Under the pieces are notes generated by a model, which did no database searches, had not been told where the DNA came from, and worked only from the letters and a program-made list of their open reading frames with translations. Shown here one piece after another: positions 28,376 through 37,917 of a DNA stretch of 64,000 nucleotides. This stretch comes from an uncultured Lachnospiraceae bacterium. GTDB lineage: Bacteria > Bacillota > Clostridia > Lachnospirales > Lachnospiraceae. The stretch covers positions 1,791-65,790 of the forward strand of contig CAOJHI010000001.1 in the NCBI GenBank assembly GCA_948436005.1, in the 5' to 3' direction. The position numbers were made by a program, and so were the translations under genes. How positions within the stretch are numbered: the stretch's first letter is position 1; the number at the start of each line of letters is the position of its first letter.

Positions 28376-29916
28376 GAAGAATAAGACAGAATACGATACG
28401 CAAAAACATGTACCGCTATCTGTTTATGGTAATCGGGGCAGCCGTTTTTCTTGATTTGTTTTCTGTGGCTTTCCACAGCCTGAATGTCGGCCAGTACGAG
28501 ATTGCGATGGCGCAGGTACAGAGCCTGAACCAGTTTTATGTCAGTCTGGAGGAAGCAAACCATAATCTGAGCTCTTATGTACGCAGCGGGGAAAACGAGC
28601 TGTTTCAGGGCTTTTGCACAGCAGTGGAAGAAGCAAAACAGTGCCTGGAAGGCCTTGGGGAACATGCGGTGAGCCAGGCATTTGTACGTGATGTGCAGGA
28701 TGTACGGGAAATGCTGTATTCCTATGCAGAGATTTCAGCAGGGATTAAGGCTCAGTATATTGAGAATCGAAAAGAAGAATTCACATCAAAGCTTTTGGCG
28801 CAGATGCTTCAGTCCTATGAGCAGTCGCAGGAAATTTTTGAACAGATTGACCAGGAGTTTAAAAATCTTCATGTAAGCCTGCTGGGCTTTGCGAGTGAGC
28901 GGATGCAGATTCTGAGACAGAAAAAGCTGCGGTATCAGATCGAATTTGCGGCTGCGATTCTGCTTCTGACCGTGCTCAGCATTGCAAAAGGACGCAGGCT
29001 TGCAGACAAAATTGCAGATCCGATTCAGAAGCTGACAGAAGCGGCGGCTGAAATCCGGGATGGAGATATGGTGCAGTACACTGCAGTGGAGATTCCGGAG
29101 GCCGACAGTCAGGAGCTGAGCGTATTGATTGCCGTATTTAATAAAATGCTGGATAAAATCCAGGAACAATTTCGGGCCACGACAGAGGCGGCGGAGGCGA
29201 AGGCAGAGCTTCATGCGAAGGAACTGGAGAATCTGAAAATCACAAACCAGCTCAGATCGAGCGAGCTGAAGGTGCTTCAGATGCAGATGAACCCGCATTT
29301 TCTCTTTAATACATTGAATATGATTGCAAAAACAGCGTATCTCGGAGATGAGCAGGAGACTGTCTTTCTGCTGCAAAAGACAGCGGAACTTCTGCGGTAC
29401 AGCCTGGATTACATGGGGAAATCCGTCACCCTTGCACGGGAACTGGAAATTCTGGACTGCTATATCTGTTTGCAGGAAAAAAGGTTCGGGGAGCGGATTG
29501 AATTTGAGTTTGATCTGGACGAGCGCTTCCATCAGATACAGATTCCTTGTCTTATTCTTCAGCCCTTGGTGGAAAATGCGGTTAGCCATGGCGTGGGGAT
29601 GTATCAGAGCGGGGGAAGAATTCTGATCCGCACGCGGTATCAGGAAGCAGACGGGATGGGCGTATTATCTGTGATTGACAACGGCGTAGGGCTGGGACAG
29701 GAAAAACTGGAACAAGAGAGGAAACGGCTTGGCGAGGGCTGGAATGCAGAAGAAGGAATCGGCCTTGGCAACGTATATATGCGCCTGGAAAACTTTTTCC
29801 ACGATGAGATGAAAATGGAACTGTACAGCAAACCGGGGCAGGAGACGGAGGTACGTATCCTGCTTCCTGTAAAAGAAGAGGAGACAGAACATGTATCGGG
29901 TGATTATTGCGGATGA
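28360..29916 (+). CDS. YesM/LytS-type sensor histidine kinase, cassette 2
   Basis: QMNPHFLFNTLN, LQPLVENAVSHG, DNGVG, GIGLGNV. Confidence 0.92.
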   Translation: MAYLLRRIRQNTIRKNMYRYLFMVIGAAVFLDLFSVAFHSLNVGQYEIAMAQVQSLNQFYVSLEEANHNLSSYVRSGENELFQGFCTAVEEAKQCLEGLGEHAVSQAFVRDVQDVREMLYSYAEISAGIKAQYIENRKEEFTSKLLAQMLQSYEQSQEIFEQIDQEFKNLHVSLLGFASERMQILRQKKLRYQIEFAAAILLLTVLSIAKGRRLADKIADPIQKLTEAAAEIRDGDMVQYTAVEIPEADSQELSVLIAVFNKMLDKIQEQFRATTEAAEAKAELHAKELENLKITNQLRSSELKVLQMQMNPHFLFNTLNMIAKTAYLGDEQETVFLLQKTAELLRYSLDYMGKSVTLARELEILDCYICLQEKRFGERIEFEFDLDERFHQIQIPCLILQPLVENAVSHGVGMYQSGGRILIRTRYQEADGMGVLSVIDNGVGLGQEKLEQERKRLGEGWNAEEGIGLGNVYMRLENFFHDEMKMELYSKPGQETEVRILLPVKEEETEHVSGDYCG

Positions 29917-31444
29917 TGAAGCAATTGAGTGCAGAGGGCTGGAGCGGATGATACGGACCTTTTTTTCAAATGTCGAGCTTTTGCCGAGCGTGGCAAGCGG
30001 CGTGGATTTGATTCAGAGTGTAAGAGAACAGCAGCCGGATATTGCGATCGTGGATATTAATATGCCGGGCCTGAACGGTTTGGAAGCAGTCGAAATTCTG
30101 CGTATGAAATCAATGGATACAAAGGTGATCATCAACACAGCTTACCATGATTTCGATTATATCAAAAAAGCGCTTGTGCTGGGAGCGTCGGACTATCTCC
30201 AGAAACCGATGGATGAGCAGAAATTCAGAGAAGCGTTTGGACGTGTGCTGCAGGCGATTGAAAAAGAAAGACAGAAAGACGCCAGAGCAGAAAATTCCTC
30301 ACAGAAGCTGAAGCAGCTCCGTAAGGTTGCAGAAGCAGAGATTATGTCTTCCATTTTTCTGGGAAGCCCGAGTGAGGAGGAATTTGCAGTTTTATTTGAG
30401 CATCTGAACGGCGACTATTTCGGCGGCATAATGGTGGCTGCCGCTTCCGCCAGTGATGCAAAGTGGGATTTTCGCCCGGCAGTGGCCCGGGAGCCGATTG
30501 AGCAGGCAGTCACACGCTACTGTACGTGCCTGGTGCGGGCGAAAAAGGAAATTTTGTATCTGTTTCTGATTCCCGGGGAGACAGTCCATACGGATCACTA
30601 TCAGGAATGGGTGGGAGAACTGCTGAAAAAAGCGGTGGAGGATGAGGCAGGCTGCCGCTGTGTGTTCGGTGTGAGCAGCTGGAAATATGAATTTGAAAAA
30701 ATGTCGGAGGCGTTTTACGAGTGCCAGATTGCATTGAGGAATCAGGAAAAAAGTACCCTGCGTTTTTTTGAGGCAGCTGGAAAAGAAAAGGAATTGGGTG
30801 TGCTCGAGAGCGCTCTGGAAGGGCTGGAACAGCTGGCGGTAAGCGGAACCTGGAGCGAATTCGAAGCGGAGATACAACAAAGAATCAGCCAATATGAAAC
30901 AGAGCAGGACAGCCTGAAAACACTGCAGCTATGGGTTTTCCGGCTGATCCTGCAATGTAAACGGCGGCTGGATCCGGGTTATTTTGAGGGGATATCCGAG
31001 AGCCTGTTTGCAAAGAGGGTGTGGCGGCAGGTTGGGGAATGCCGGACGCCGGAGGCTTTGTCTGAGGCAGTCCTGCGCTTTTTAAAGGAAGAAAAAAGGG
31101 AACCGGACAGTCAGGATATCCGAAACAGCTACGTACAGGAAGCGCTGCTTTATATGGAAAGGAATTATATGGAGGATCTTTCCCTGGAGGATGTGGCAAA
31201 GACTGTGGGGATCAGCCCATTTTATCTGAGCCGTTTGCTGAAACACCAGACCTCGGAAAGCTTTGTGGAAATTCTGACCGATATCCGTGTGGAGCATGCA
31301 ATTCGGCTGATTATGAATGAAGATTTTACCGTAAAGGATATTGGCAGCCGCGTCGGATATCCGTCGCGGACGTACTTTTATAAGGTGTTCAAAAAAAGTA
31401 CGGGTATGACCGTGGGAGAGATGAGGGAACTGTTTCGGAAATAA
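29891..31444 (+). CDS. YesN-type response regulator (REC + AraC), cassette 2
   Basis: VIIADDE, DINMPG, YLQKP; YLSRLL...FKKSTGMT. Confidence 0.92.
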   Translation: MYRVIIADDEAIECRGLERMIRTFFSNVELLPSVASGVDLIQSVREQQPDIAIVDINMPGLNGLEAVEILRMKSMDTKVIINTAYHDFDYIKKALVLGASDYLQKPMDEQKFREAFGRVLQAIEKERQKDARAENSSQKLKQLRKVAEAEIMSSIFLGSPSEEEFAVLFEHLNGDYFGGIMVAAASASDAKWDFRPAVAREPIEQAVTRYCTCLVRAKKEILYLFLIPGETVHTDHYQEWVGELLKKAVEDEAGCRCVFGVSSWKYEFEKMSEAFYECQIALRNQEKSTLRFFEAAGKEKELGVLESALEGLEQLAVSGTWSEFEAEIQQRISQYETEQDSLKTLQLWVFRLILQCKRRLDPGYFEGISESLFAKRVWRQVGECRTPEALSEAVLRFLKEEKREPDSQDIRNSYVQEALLYMERNYMEDLSLEDVAKTVGISPFYLSRLLKHQTSESFVEILTDIRVEHAIRLIMNEDFTVKDIGSRVGYPSRTYFYKVFKKSTGMTVGEMRELFRK

Positions 31445-31467
31445 AATAGCTTACAGTACGCTGATGG

Positions 31468-31504
31468 GGCAGAAAAAGGATATTTCATGGCAGAAAAGAG
31501 ATAT
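31468..31504 (+). promoter_or_regulatory. direct repeat with 21-bp spacing (candidate AraC-type site)
   Basis: GGCAGAAAAAGGATAT and GGCAGAAAAGAGATAT, upstream of a TATAAT. Confidence 0.45.
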
Positions 31505-31664
31505 ACAAAACAAAAGGTATTGCGTATAATAATGCAGAAAAAAGCAATAAAAAGTAGTAAAAATCAGGGCAAAGCCGTTTTCTGCAGGTGCTCCTGAAAA
31601 GGTTGGAATGGCGGAAAACAAATATGTTTATTCAGAAACAGGATGAGAGAGGGGGCGGCAACTA

Positions 31665-32576
31665 ATGGAGCTTGCAGATCAGCTTTTGTACCAGGGCACA
31701 ACGCGGGAACAGTACATGCCGGGCTTCACGAAGAAGTTTCCATATTATGCAGTGTGCTCCAAAATGGATAAAGGATTCCGGATGGAAGCCCCGTGGCACT
31801 GGCACAGATCAGTGGAGCTGTTCTATATGGAAAAAGGTTCTGTTGAATATTTTACCCCGGGAGGGAAGTTTGTGATCCCGGAAGGCTGCTGTGGATTCCT
31901 GGGCGCGGGCGTGCTGCACAGAACTGTATTGCCTGAAGCGTGCCAGCACAACCTTTCTCAGATCCATCTGTTTGAACCGGCGCTTTTGTCAGGTGGGGCA
32001 GGCAGCCTGATTGACCAGAAATACATATCGCCGTTTCTGGATGCGGCAGGGCAGAAGGTGCTTATACTGTGTCCGGATGTGAAGGGAGAGGCAAGGGTTG
32101 TGGAGCTGCTTCGAAAATCTTTTGAATTACAGGCATCTTCTTACGGATATGAGGTTCGTCTTCGGGATGCCTTATCGGAAATCTGGCTTCAGTTTCTGAA
32201 AGTGTGTCCGCCTGAGGTTCTGAAAAAGGAATGCCAGGCAGACGATGGGGCGATTAAAAACATTCTTTCGTATATTTATGACCATTACAGTGAAAAGATT
32301 GATATTACGGATCTTGCCAAAGCGGGCCATTGCAGCGAGCGGGAGTGCTACCGAAGCTTTCAGGAGTACCTGCATATGACGCCAGTGCAGTATATTCGCA
32401 GCTGGAGGCTTGAGCGGGCGGCAGAGCTGCTGACATCGGGAGAAGATACTGTTGCGGATATTGCGCTGGCCTGCGGGTTTGGAAGCAGCAGCCGGTTTGG
32501 GAAAATGTTCCGTGAGGCATTTTCTGTTACGCCGCTTACATATCGTCAGAGGTTGAGGGAGGAACATACAAAATGA
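31665..32576 (+). CDS. AraC-family regulator with cupin domain
   Basis: PWHWH..ELF; C-terminal HTH IALACGF.SS.F.KMFR. Confidence 0.9.
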   Translation: MELADQLLYQGTTREQYMPGFTKKFPYYAVCSKMDKGFRMEAPWHWHRSVELFYMEKGSVEYFTPGGKFVIPEGCCGFLGAGVLHRTVLPEACQHNLSQIHLFEPALLSGGAGSLIDQKYISPFLDAAGQKVLILCPDVKGEARVVELLRKSFELQASSYGYEVRLRDALSEIWLQFLKVCPPEVLKKECQADDGAIKNILSYIYDHYSEKIDITDLAKAGHCSERECYRSFQEYLHMTPVQYIRSWRLERAAELLTSGEDTVADIALACGFGSSSRFGKMFREAFSVTPLTYRQRLREEHTK

Positions 32577-33838
32577 AAAGAACAGGAAAGGGTCTTACTC
32601 TTTGTTATTCGCTGATTATGGGCTTTTTCTGGATGAACTATGCCGGTATTGTGGGATTTTCCAGTGTTTATCTGCTGGAATGCGGCCTTACGAGCGCACA
32701 GATCGGAATGATTCTGGCAGTTGCGGGAATTTTGGCAGCAGCGGCACAGCCGTTTGTGGCAGGGTATGCGGACCGGCCCTCTGCATTGTCATTGAAAACA
32801 ATTGTAAGCATCGGGTGTGTGGCAGCAGCTGTTCTTACTGTGCTGCTTCTGGCTGTTTATCAGAAATCGGTTATGCTGACCGGGCTGTTTTACGGCGGCT
32901 GCGTTGTTTTGCTGCAATTTTTGCTTCCGTTTGTAAATTCCCTCGGAACGGAAATGATCAGTCAGGGAAAAAGGCTGAACTGGGGCTTTGCAAGGGGAAT
33001 CGGTTCAGCCGCATACGCCGTAGTATCTTATGTACTGGGCGTTTTGGTGGCAAAGGCGGGGATTGTATCGATTCCTGTATCGATTTTTGTGTGCTATGTG
33101 CTGCTTTTGGCTACGGTTTTGATTTATCCGTTTCAGAAAGGAAGGAAAACAGAATCGAAGGAGATGATGGGTGACAGAACAGGAGGCGGCCATACGGAAA
33201 AATCTGCAATGATAGAGGAACAGAAATGCTGTCCGGATGAAGCCTGCGCACTGCAGACCTCGTTTCTGAAAAAATATCCGCGTTTTGCGGCTGTTCTGGT
33301 GGGCACGACACTTTTATATCTGAGCCATCATCTGATCAATACGTTTTTGTATCAGGTGATTCAGTCTAAGGGAGGAGGAAGTGCTGAGAATGGTCTGGTT
33401 ATGTCACTGTGTGCGTGTATGGAGCTCCCGACCCTGTTTTTCTTTTCTTACATGCTGAAAAAAGCAGGGAGCGAAACCTGGTATAAGGTATGCGGAATTT
33501 TTATTACACTGAAGGCTGCGGCAACCTTGCTTGTATCTTCTCTGCCGCTGTTTTATTTCATTCAGATTTTTCAGATGTTCGGCTGGGGACTGCTGGCTGT
33601 TGCGCCGGTTTATTATGCGAATCAGACGGTGCGGAAAGAGGATGCGATTAAGGGACAGGCTTACATGGCAATGACCTGTACGCTGGGCAGTGTGTTTGCA
33701 TCCTTTTTCGGAGGCAGCCTGATTGATGCAGCCGGTGTAAATGTGATGGTGGGAACCGCGGTGGCCGCAGGTCTGATCGGTGCTGTAATCATTGCTATTT
33801 TTACGGAAAAGACTGTTTACACCTCAAAAGAAAAGTGA
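32573..33838 (+). CDS. MFS transporter
   Basis: about 12 TM; QPFVAGYADR, ARGIGS. Confidence 0.85.
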   Translation: MKRTGKGLTLCYSLIMGFFWMNYAGIVGFSSVYLLECGLTSAQIGMILAVAGILAAAAQPFVAGYADRPSALSLKTIVSIGCVAAAVLTVLLLAVYQKSVMLTGLFYGGCVVLLQFLLPFVNSLGTEMISQGKRLNWGFARGIGSAAYAVVSYVLGVLVAKAGIVSIPVSIFVCYVLLLATVLIYPFQKGRKTESKEMMGDRTGGGHTEKSAMIEEQKCCPDEACALQTSFLKKYPRFAAVLVGTTLLYLSHHLINTFLYQVIQSKGGGSAENGLVMSLCACMELPTLFFFSYMLKKAGSETWYKVCGIFITLKAAATLLVSSLPLFYFIQIFQMFGWGLLAVAPVYYANQTVRKEDAIKGQAYMAMTCTLGSVFASFFGGSLIDAAGVNVMVGTAVAAGLIGAVIIAIFTEKTVYTSKEK

Positions 33839-33900
33839 TAGGATTGGCAGTTGAACAAAAAAATAAAGAAAAAAATAAAGATAAGAAGGCCTGAAATACT

Positions 33901-35250
33901 ATGAAAAATGATATGACAAAAGGCAGTCCGCTTAAGCTGATGATTCTGTTTACAATTCCGGTACTGATTGGCAATGTGTTTCAGAATGTTTATAATCTGG
34001 TGGATTCTGTGATTGTTGGCCAGTTTCTTGGAGTGAATGCGCTGGCAGCAGTCGGAATGACAGGAACACTGACGTTTCTGGTGTTTGGCTGGGTGAACGG
34101 GATGGCCAGCGGATTTGGCATTCTGCTGGCGCAGAGTTTTGGGGCTTGTGATGAAAAGCGGCTGCGCCACTACACAGTTATGTCCGTTTATCTGTGTGTG
34201 GCAATGGCTGTTCTGCTCACAGCAGGACTTCTGATGGCAAATGGGTGTATTCTGCGGCTGATGAATGCGCCGGATGAGATTTTTGGGGATACAAAGCAAT
34301 ATATAGACATAATTTTTGCAGGGCTTCCGGTGACAATTGCCTACAATATGCTTTTCAGCATCAGCCGTGCGCTCGGGGACAGCCGGACGCCATTGATTTT
34401 TCTGATCGTTTCCTCTGTTTTGAATATTTTTCTTGATCTTCTGTTTGTGGCAGTGCTGCCGCTTGGAGTGGCGGGGGCAGCGTATGCGACGGTTGTGTCA
34501 CAGGGCGTTTCGGTGGCGTCCTGTTTCCTTTATGTATACAGAAAATATCCGATTCTGCGTGCAAAGCGCGGAGAGCGGGATTTTTCCTGGCGCAGCGCAG
34601 GAAGGCTTCTGATGATGGGAATTCCGATGGGGCTGCAGTTTTCGATTACAGCAATCGGAACAATGATGGTGCAGTCTGCGGTTAATCTGCTTGGGCCAGC
34701 CTACATTGCCGCTTATTCGGCGTGCGGAAAAGTGGCAAATATTGTAACACAGCTTTTCCCTTCCATAGGTATCACGCTCGCTACGTATGTTGGCCAGAAT
34801 ATGGGGGCCGGAAAATGGGAAAGAATCCGGCAGGGTGTGCGCTTTGCGGCTGTGATTACAGTTGTCAGCAGTGTGGTCTGCGGGCTTCTTATGTTCTTCT
34901 GCGGCGGCGCGGCTACCGGCTTTTTTGTAAAGGACCCAACTGGAGAGATTCTGGAGATCAGTACAACGATGTTTCATTTTACAACGTGGTGCTATCCTCT
35001 GCTTGGCCTGATTTTTGTTTACCGAAATACGCTTCAGGGCATGGGTGACGGTCTGTTTCCAATGCTCGGCGGAGTGTTTGAGCTGATCGCCCGTGCAGTT
35101 ATGGTGACGCTTCTGGCAGAACCGTATGGCTTTGCAGGTATCTGCCTGTGCGATCCGGGCGCGTGGATTGCAGCATTGATTCCGCTGATTCCTGTATACA
35201 TAATCCGGATGCGGAAGGCGCCGGGCAGTAAGAAATTTGTTCCGGTATAG
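33901..35250 (+). CDS. MATE family efflux transporter
   Basis: GNVFQ..YNLVDSVIVG, GDSRTP, NIFLD, GAAYATV. Confidence 0.92.
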   Translation: MKNDMTKGSPLKLMILFTIPVLIGNVFQNVYNLVDSVIVGQFLGVNALAAVGMTGTLTFLVFGWVNGMASGFGILLAQSFGACDEKRLRHYTVMSVYLCVAMAVLLTAGLLMANGCILRLMNAPDEIFGDTKQYIDIIFAGLPVTIAYNMLFSISRALGDSRTPLIFLIVSSVLNIFLDLLFVAVLPLGVAGAAYATVVSQGVSVASCFLYVYRKYPILRAKRGERDFSWRSAGRLLMMGIPMGLQFSITAIGTMMVQSAVNLLGPAYIAAYSACGKVANIVTQLFPSIGITLATYVGQNMGAGKWERIRQGVRFAAVITVVSSVVCGLLMFFCGGAATGFFVKDPTGEILEISTTMFHFTTWCYPLLGLIFVYRNTLQGMGDGLFPMLGGVFELIARAVMVTLLAEPYGFAGICLCDPGAWIAALIPLIPVYIIRMRKAPGSKKFVPV

Positions 35251-35472
35251 ATGGGTATTCCGGTGATTACATACAAGGGATTTTACTGCAAATACGCCTG
35301 TTTGCAGCAATTGACTTGCCAGTGAAATTGTTGTAGTATATCTAATTGACAGCAAAAGCTGTTTGCGGCTATGTTTTGATACAGATTTTCGGGCAGCAGT
35401 TTGGTGCGTGCAGATTAATGCATGCTGCTATGGGTATACTGAAATTAGAAATGGTAAGAAAGAAGGGCTATC

Positions 35473-36702
35473 ATGACGAAAGTAGATATTATTTCAGGCT
35501 TTCTCGGCGCTGGAAAGACAACACTGATCAAAAAACTGATTCAGGAGGTCTTTGCGGGCCAGAAAATTGTACTGATTGAGAATGAGTTTGGAGAGATTGG
35601 GATTGACGGAGGCTTTCTGAAGGATGCGGGAATCAACATTACGGAGATGAATTCAGGGTGCATCTGCTGTTCTCTTGTTGGAGATTTCGGCAAGGCACTT
35701 CGGGAAGTGACACAGAAATTTTCACCGGACCGTATTATCATTGAGCCGTCCGGGGTAGGCAAGCTTTCTGATGTGAGAAAAGCTGTGGAAGACGCTGCAG
35801 AAGAAGCCGGGCTGGTGCTCAATGCGCTGACCACTGTGGCAGATGCGTCCAAGATAAAAATGTATATGAAGAACTTTGGCGAGTTCTATAATGACCAGAT
35901 TGAGAGTGCGGCGACCATTATTCTGAGCCGTACACAGAAGCTTTCAGAAGAAAAACAGATGAAGGCTGCAGAGATGATCCGCGAAAAGAACCCGGCTGCG
36001 ACGGTTGTGACAACACCGTGGGACGAGCTGTCAGGAGCCCAGATTCTGCATGCAATGGAAGGCACAGATGTGCTGGCGCAGATGCTGCTGAAGGAAGCAC
36101 ACGAGCATCACCATGAACATGACGAGGAGTGCGGCTGCGGTCATGAGCATCACCATGAACATGATGAGGAGTGCGGCTGCGGTCATGAGCATCACCATGA
36201 ACATGGCGAGGAGTGCGACTGCGGTCATGAGCATCACCATGAACATGATGGGGAGTGCGAGCATGAGCATCACCATGAACATGACGAGGAGTGCGGCTGC
36301 GGTCATGAGCACCACCATGAGCACGACGAAGACTGCAACTGCGGTCACGAACATCACCACGAGCACGATGAAGACTGCAGCTGCGGCCATGAACATCATC
36401 ACAGCCATCACCACCATCATCATGCAGACGAGGTGTTTACTTCCTGGGGAAGAGAGACACCGAGAAAGTATGCCAAGGATGAAGTGGAACGCATCCTGAA
36501 AACACTGAGCGATTCAGAAGATTACGGGATTGTGCTGCGGGCGAAAGGAATGGTTCCGTGTGAGGACGGAAGCTGGATTCACTTTGATATGGTTCCGGGT
36601 GAGTATGAGATCCGGTCGGGCGCTGCAGATTACACGGGAAGACTTTGCGTGATCGGTTCTAAATTGCAGGAGAAGGCTCTGGCTGAGCTGTTCGGCCTGT
36701 AA
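35473..36702 (+). CDS. COG0523/CobW-family metal-chaperone GTPase with His/Cys-rich insert
   Basis: GFLGAGKTT, ENEFGE, GCICCS, IEPSG, LRAKG. Confidence 0.92.
   Translation: MTKVDIISGFLGAGKTTLIKKLIQEVFAGQKIVLIENEFGEIGIDGGFLKDAGINITEMNSGCICCSLVGDFGKALREVTQKFSPDRIIIEPSGVGKLSDVRKAVEDAAEEAGLVLNALTTVADASKIKMYMKNFGEFYNDQIESAATIILSRTQKLSEEKQMKAAEMIREKNPAATVVTTPWDELSGAQILHAMEGTDVLAQMLLKEAHEHHHEHDEECGCGHEHHHEHDEECGCGHEHHHEHGEECDCGHEHHHEHDGECEHEHHHEHDEECGCGHEHHHEHDEDCNCGHEHHHEHDEDCSCGHEHHHSHHHHHHADEVFTSWGRETPRKYAKDEVERILKTLSDSEDYGIVLRAKGMVPCEDGSWIHFDMVPGEYEIRSGAADYTGRLCVIGSKLQEKALAELFGL
36100..36423 (+). repeat. 42-bp coding tandem repeat (HEHHHEHDEECGCG) x7 plus poly-His tail
   Basis: CAYGAGCAYCACCAYGARCAYGAYGAR units. 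Confidence 0.9.
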
Positions 36703-36817
36703 GTTATTGCAAAATTTGTTCAGAATCAGCCCCCTGCAGATTTTTTCAGGGGGCATCCGATTTTTATGAAGTTTTAAAATGGTCAGCAAATTTATTGGAA
36801 ATGGAAAGGGGAAAGCA

Positions 36818-37762
36818 ATGCAGCAGATACCAATTTACCTGATTACAGGTTTTCTGGAAGGCGGTAAAACAACGTTTCTTTCTGATGTGCTTACAGGCGG
36901 AGATTTTGATGATGGGCAGCGCGGACTTTTGATTCTCTGCGAAGAGGGCGAGGAAGAATATGATGAAAAAATGCTGGCAGAAATGAACATTTCTGTGATT
37001 ACTGTGGAGGAAGAGGCGGAGTTTCACGCAGATTTTCTGAAAATGTGCCTGAAGCATTACAGACCAAAGCGGATTTTTATTGAGATGAACGGCATGTGGG
37101 ACTGCAAATGGCTGTTTGGGAATGAGATGCCGTATGAGCTTGATATCGCACAGGTGATTACCGTGGTGGATGGCAGTACATTTTCTGTGTATCTGAACAA
37201 CATGCGGAGCATTTTGAGTAATCTGTTTTTATATACAGAGATGGTTGTATTTAACCGGTGTACGGAAGAGATGGAGCTGCAGTCCTTTCGCAGGACCGTG
37301 CGCGGCCTGAATCCGCGGGCAATGGTGTATTTCGAGGATGAAGAAGGAGAGCCGATTGACCCTGGTATGGATCAGCCTCCCTATGATCTGGATGCAGATA
37401 TAATCCGGATAGAGGATATTGATTATGGGCTTTGGTATCTGGACGCGTTTGAGGCGCAGGACCGCTATGCAGGAAAAAAGGTGCGCTTCCGTGCCAAGGT
37501 TATGAAGAACCGGCATTTTCCGGACAATGTTTTTGTGCCCGGCCGCAATGCGATGACTTGTTGTGCGGATGATATTCGTTTTGTCGGTTATATCTGCAAA
37601 AGTACTTTTGCAGATCAGTTGAAACCGCGTCAGTGGATTTGGCTGACAGCCACTGTGAAATATGAATTTGTGAAGGATTATGGAGAGGTTGGGCCTGTTT
37701 TGTATGGGGATACGTATGAATTAACCGGCCCGCCGGAGGAAGATCTTGTTTATTTTAATTAG
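36818..37762 (+). CDS. partner CobW-like GTPase with C-terminal TCCADD domain
   Basis: GFLEGGKTT, CEEGEEEY, IEMNGMW, GRNAMTCCADD. Confidence 0.8.
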   Translation: MQQIPIYLITGFLEGGKTTFLSDVLTGGDFDDGQRGLLILCEEGEEEYDEKMLAEMNISVITVEEEAEFHADFLKMCLKHYRPKRIFIEMNGMWDCKWLFGNEMPYELDIAQVITVVDGSTFSVYLNNMRSILSNLFLYTEMVVFNRCTEEMELQSFRRTVRGLNPRAMVYFEDEEGEPIDPGMDQPPYDLDADIIRIEDIDYGLWYLDAFEAQDRYAGKKVRFRAKVMKNRHFPDNVFVPGRNAMTCCADDIRFVGYICKSTFADQLKPRQWIWLTATVKYEFVKDYGEVGPVLYGDTYELTGPPEEDLVYFN

Positions 37763-37917
37763 AATGACTGAAAATAGTAGAAAAAGGCGTAATCCGGTTT
37801 AGAAATGCTTGCATAAAAAGGTGAAATAAAGTATATTAAAATCTAGAAAAAATTTTAATCTGTGACCAGGAACGAGTTTTATGAAAGAATAGGGGGAAAC
37901 AAAGAGGTGCAGATTTT

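Noticed and set aside
25100-35355. Long antisense ORFs such as 25100-25984, 28786-29589 and 34498-35355
   Set aside because: They lie opposite well-supported genes and have no recognisable domains.
35340-35470. Cobalamin riboswitch or Zur box upstream of the COG0523 gene
   Set aside because: Only weak hairpins; no B12 box or convincing palindrome.
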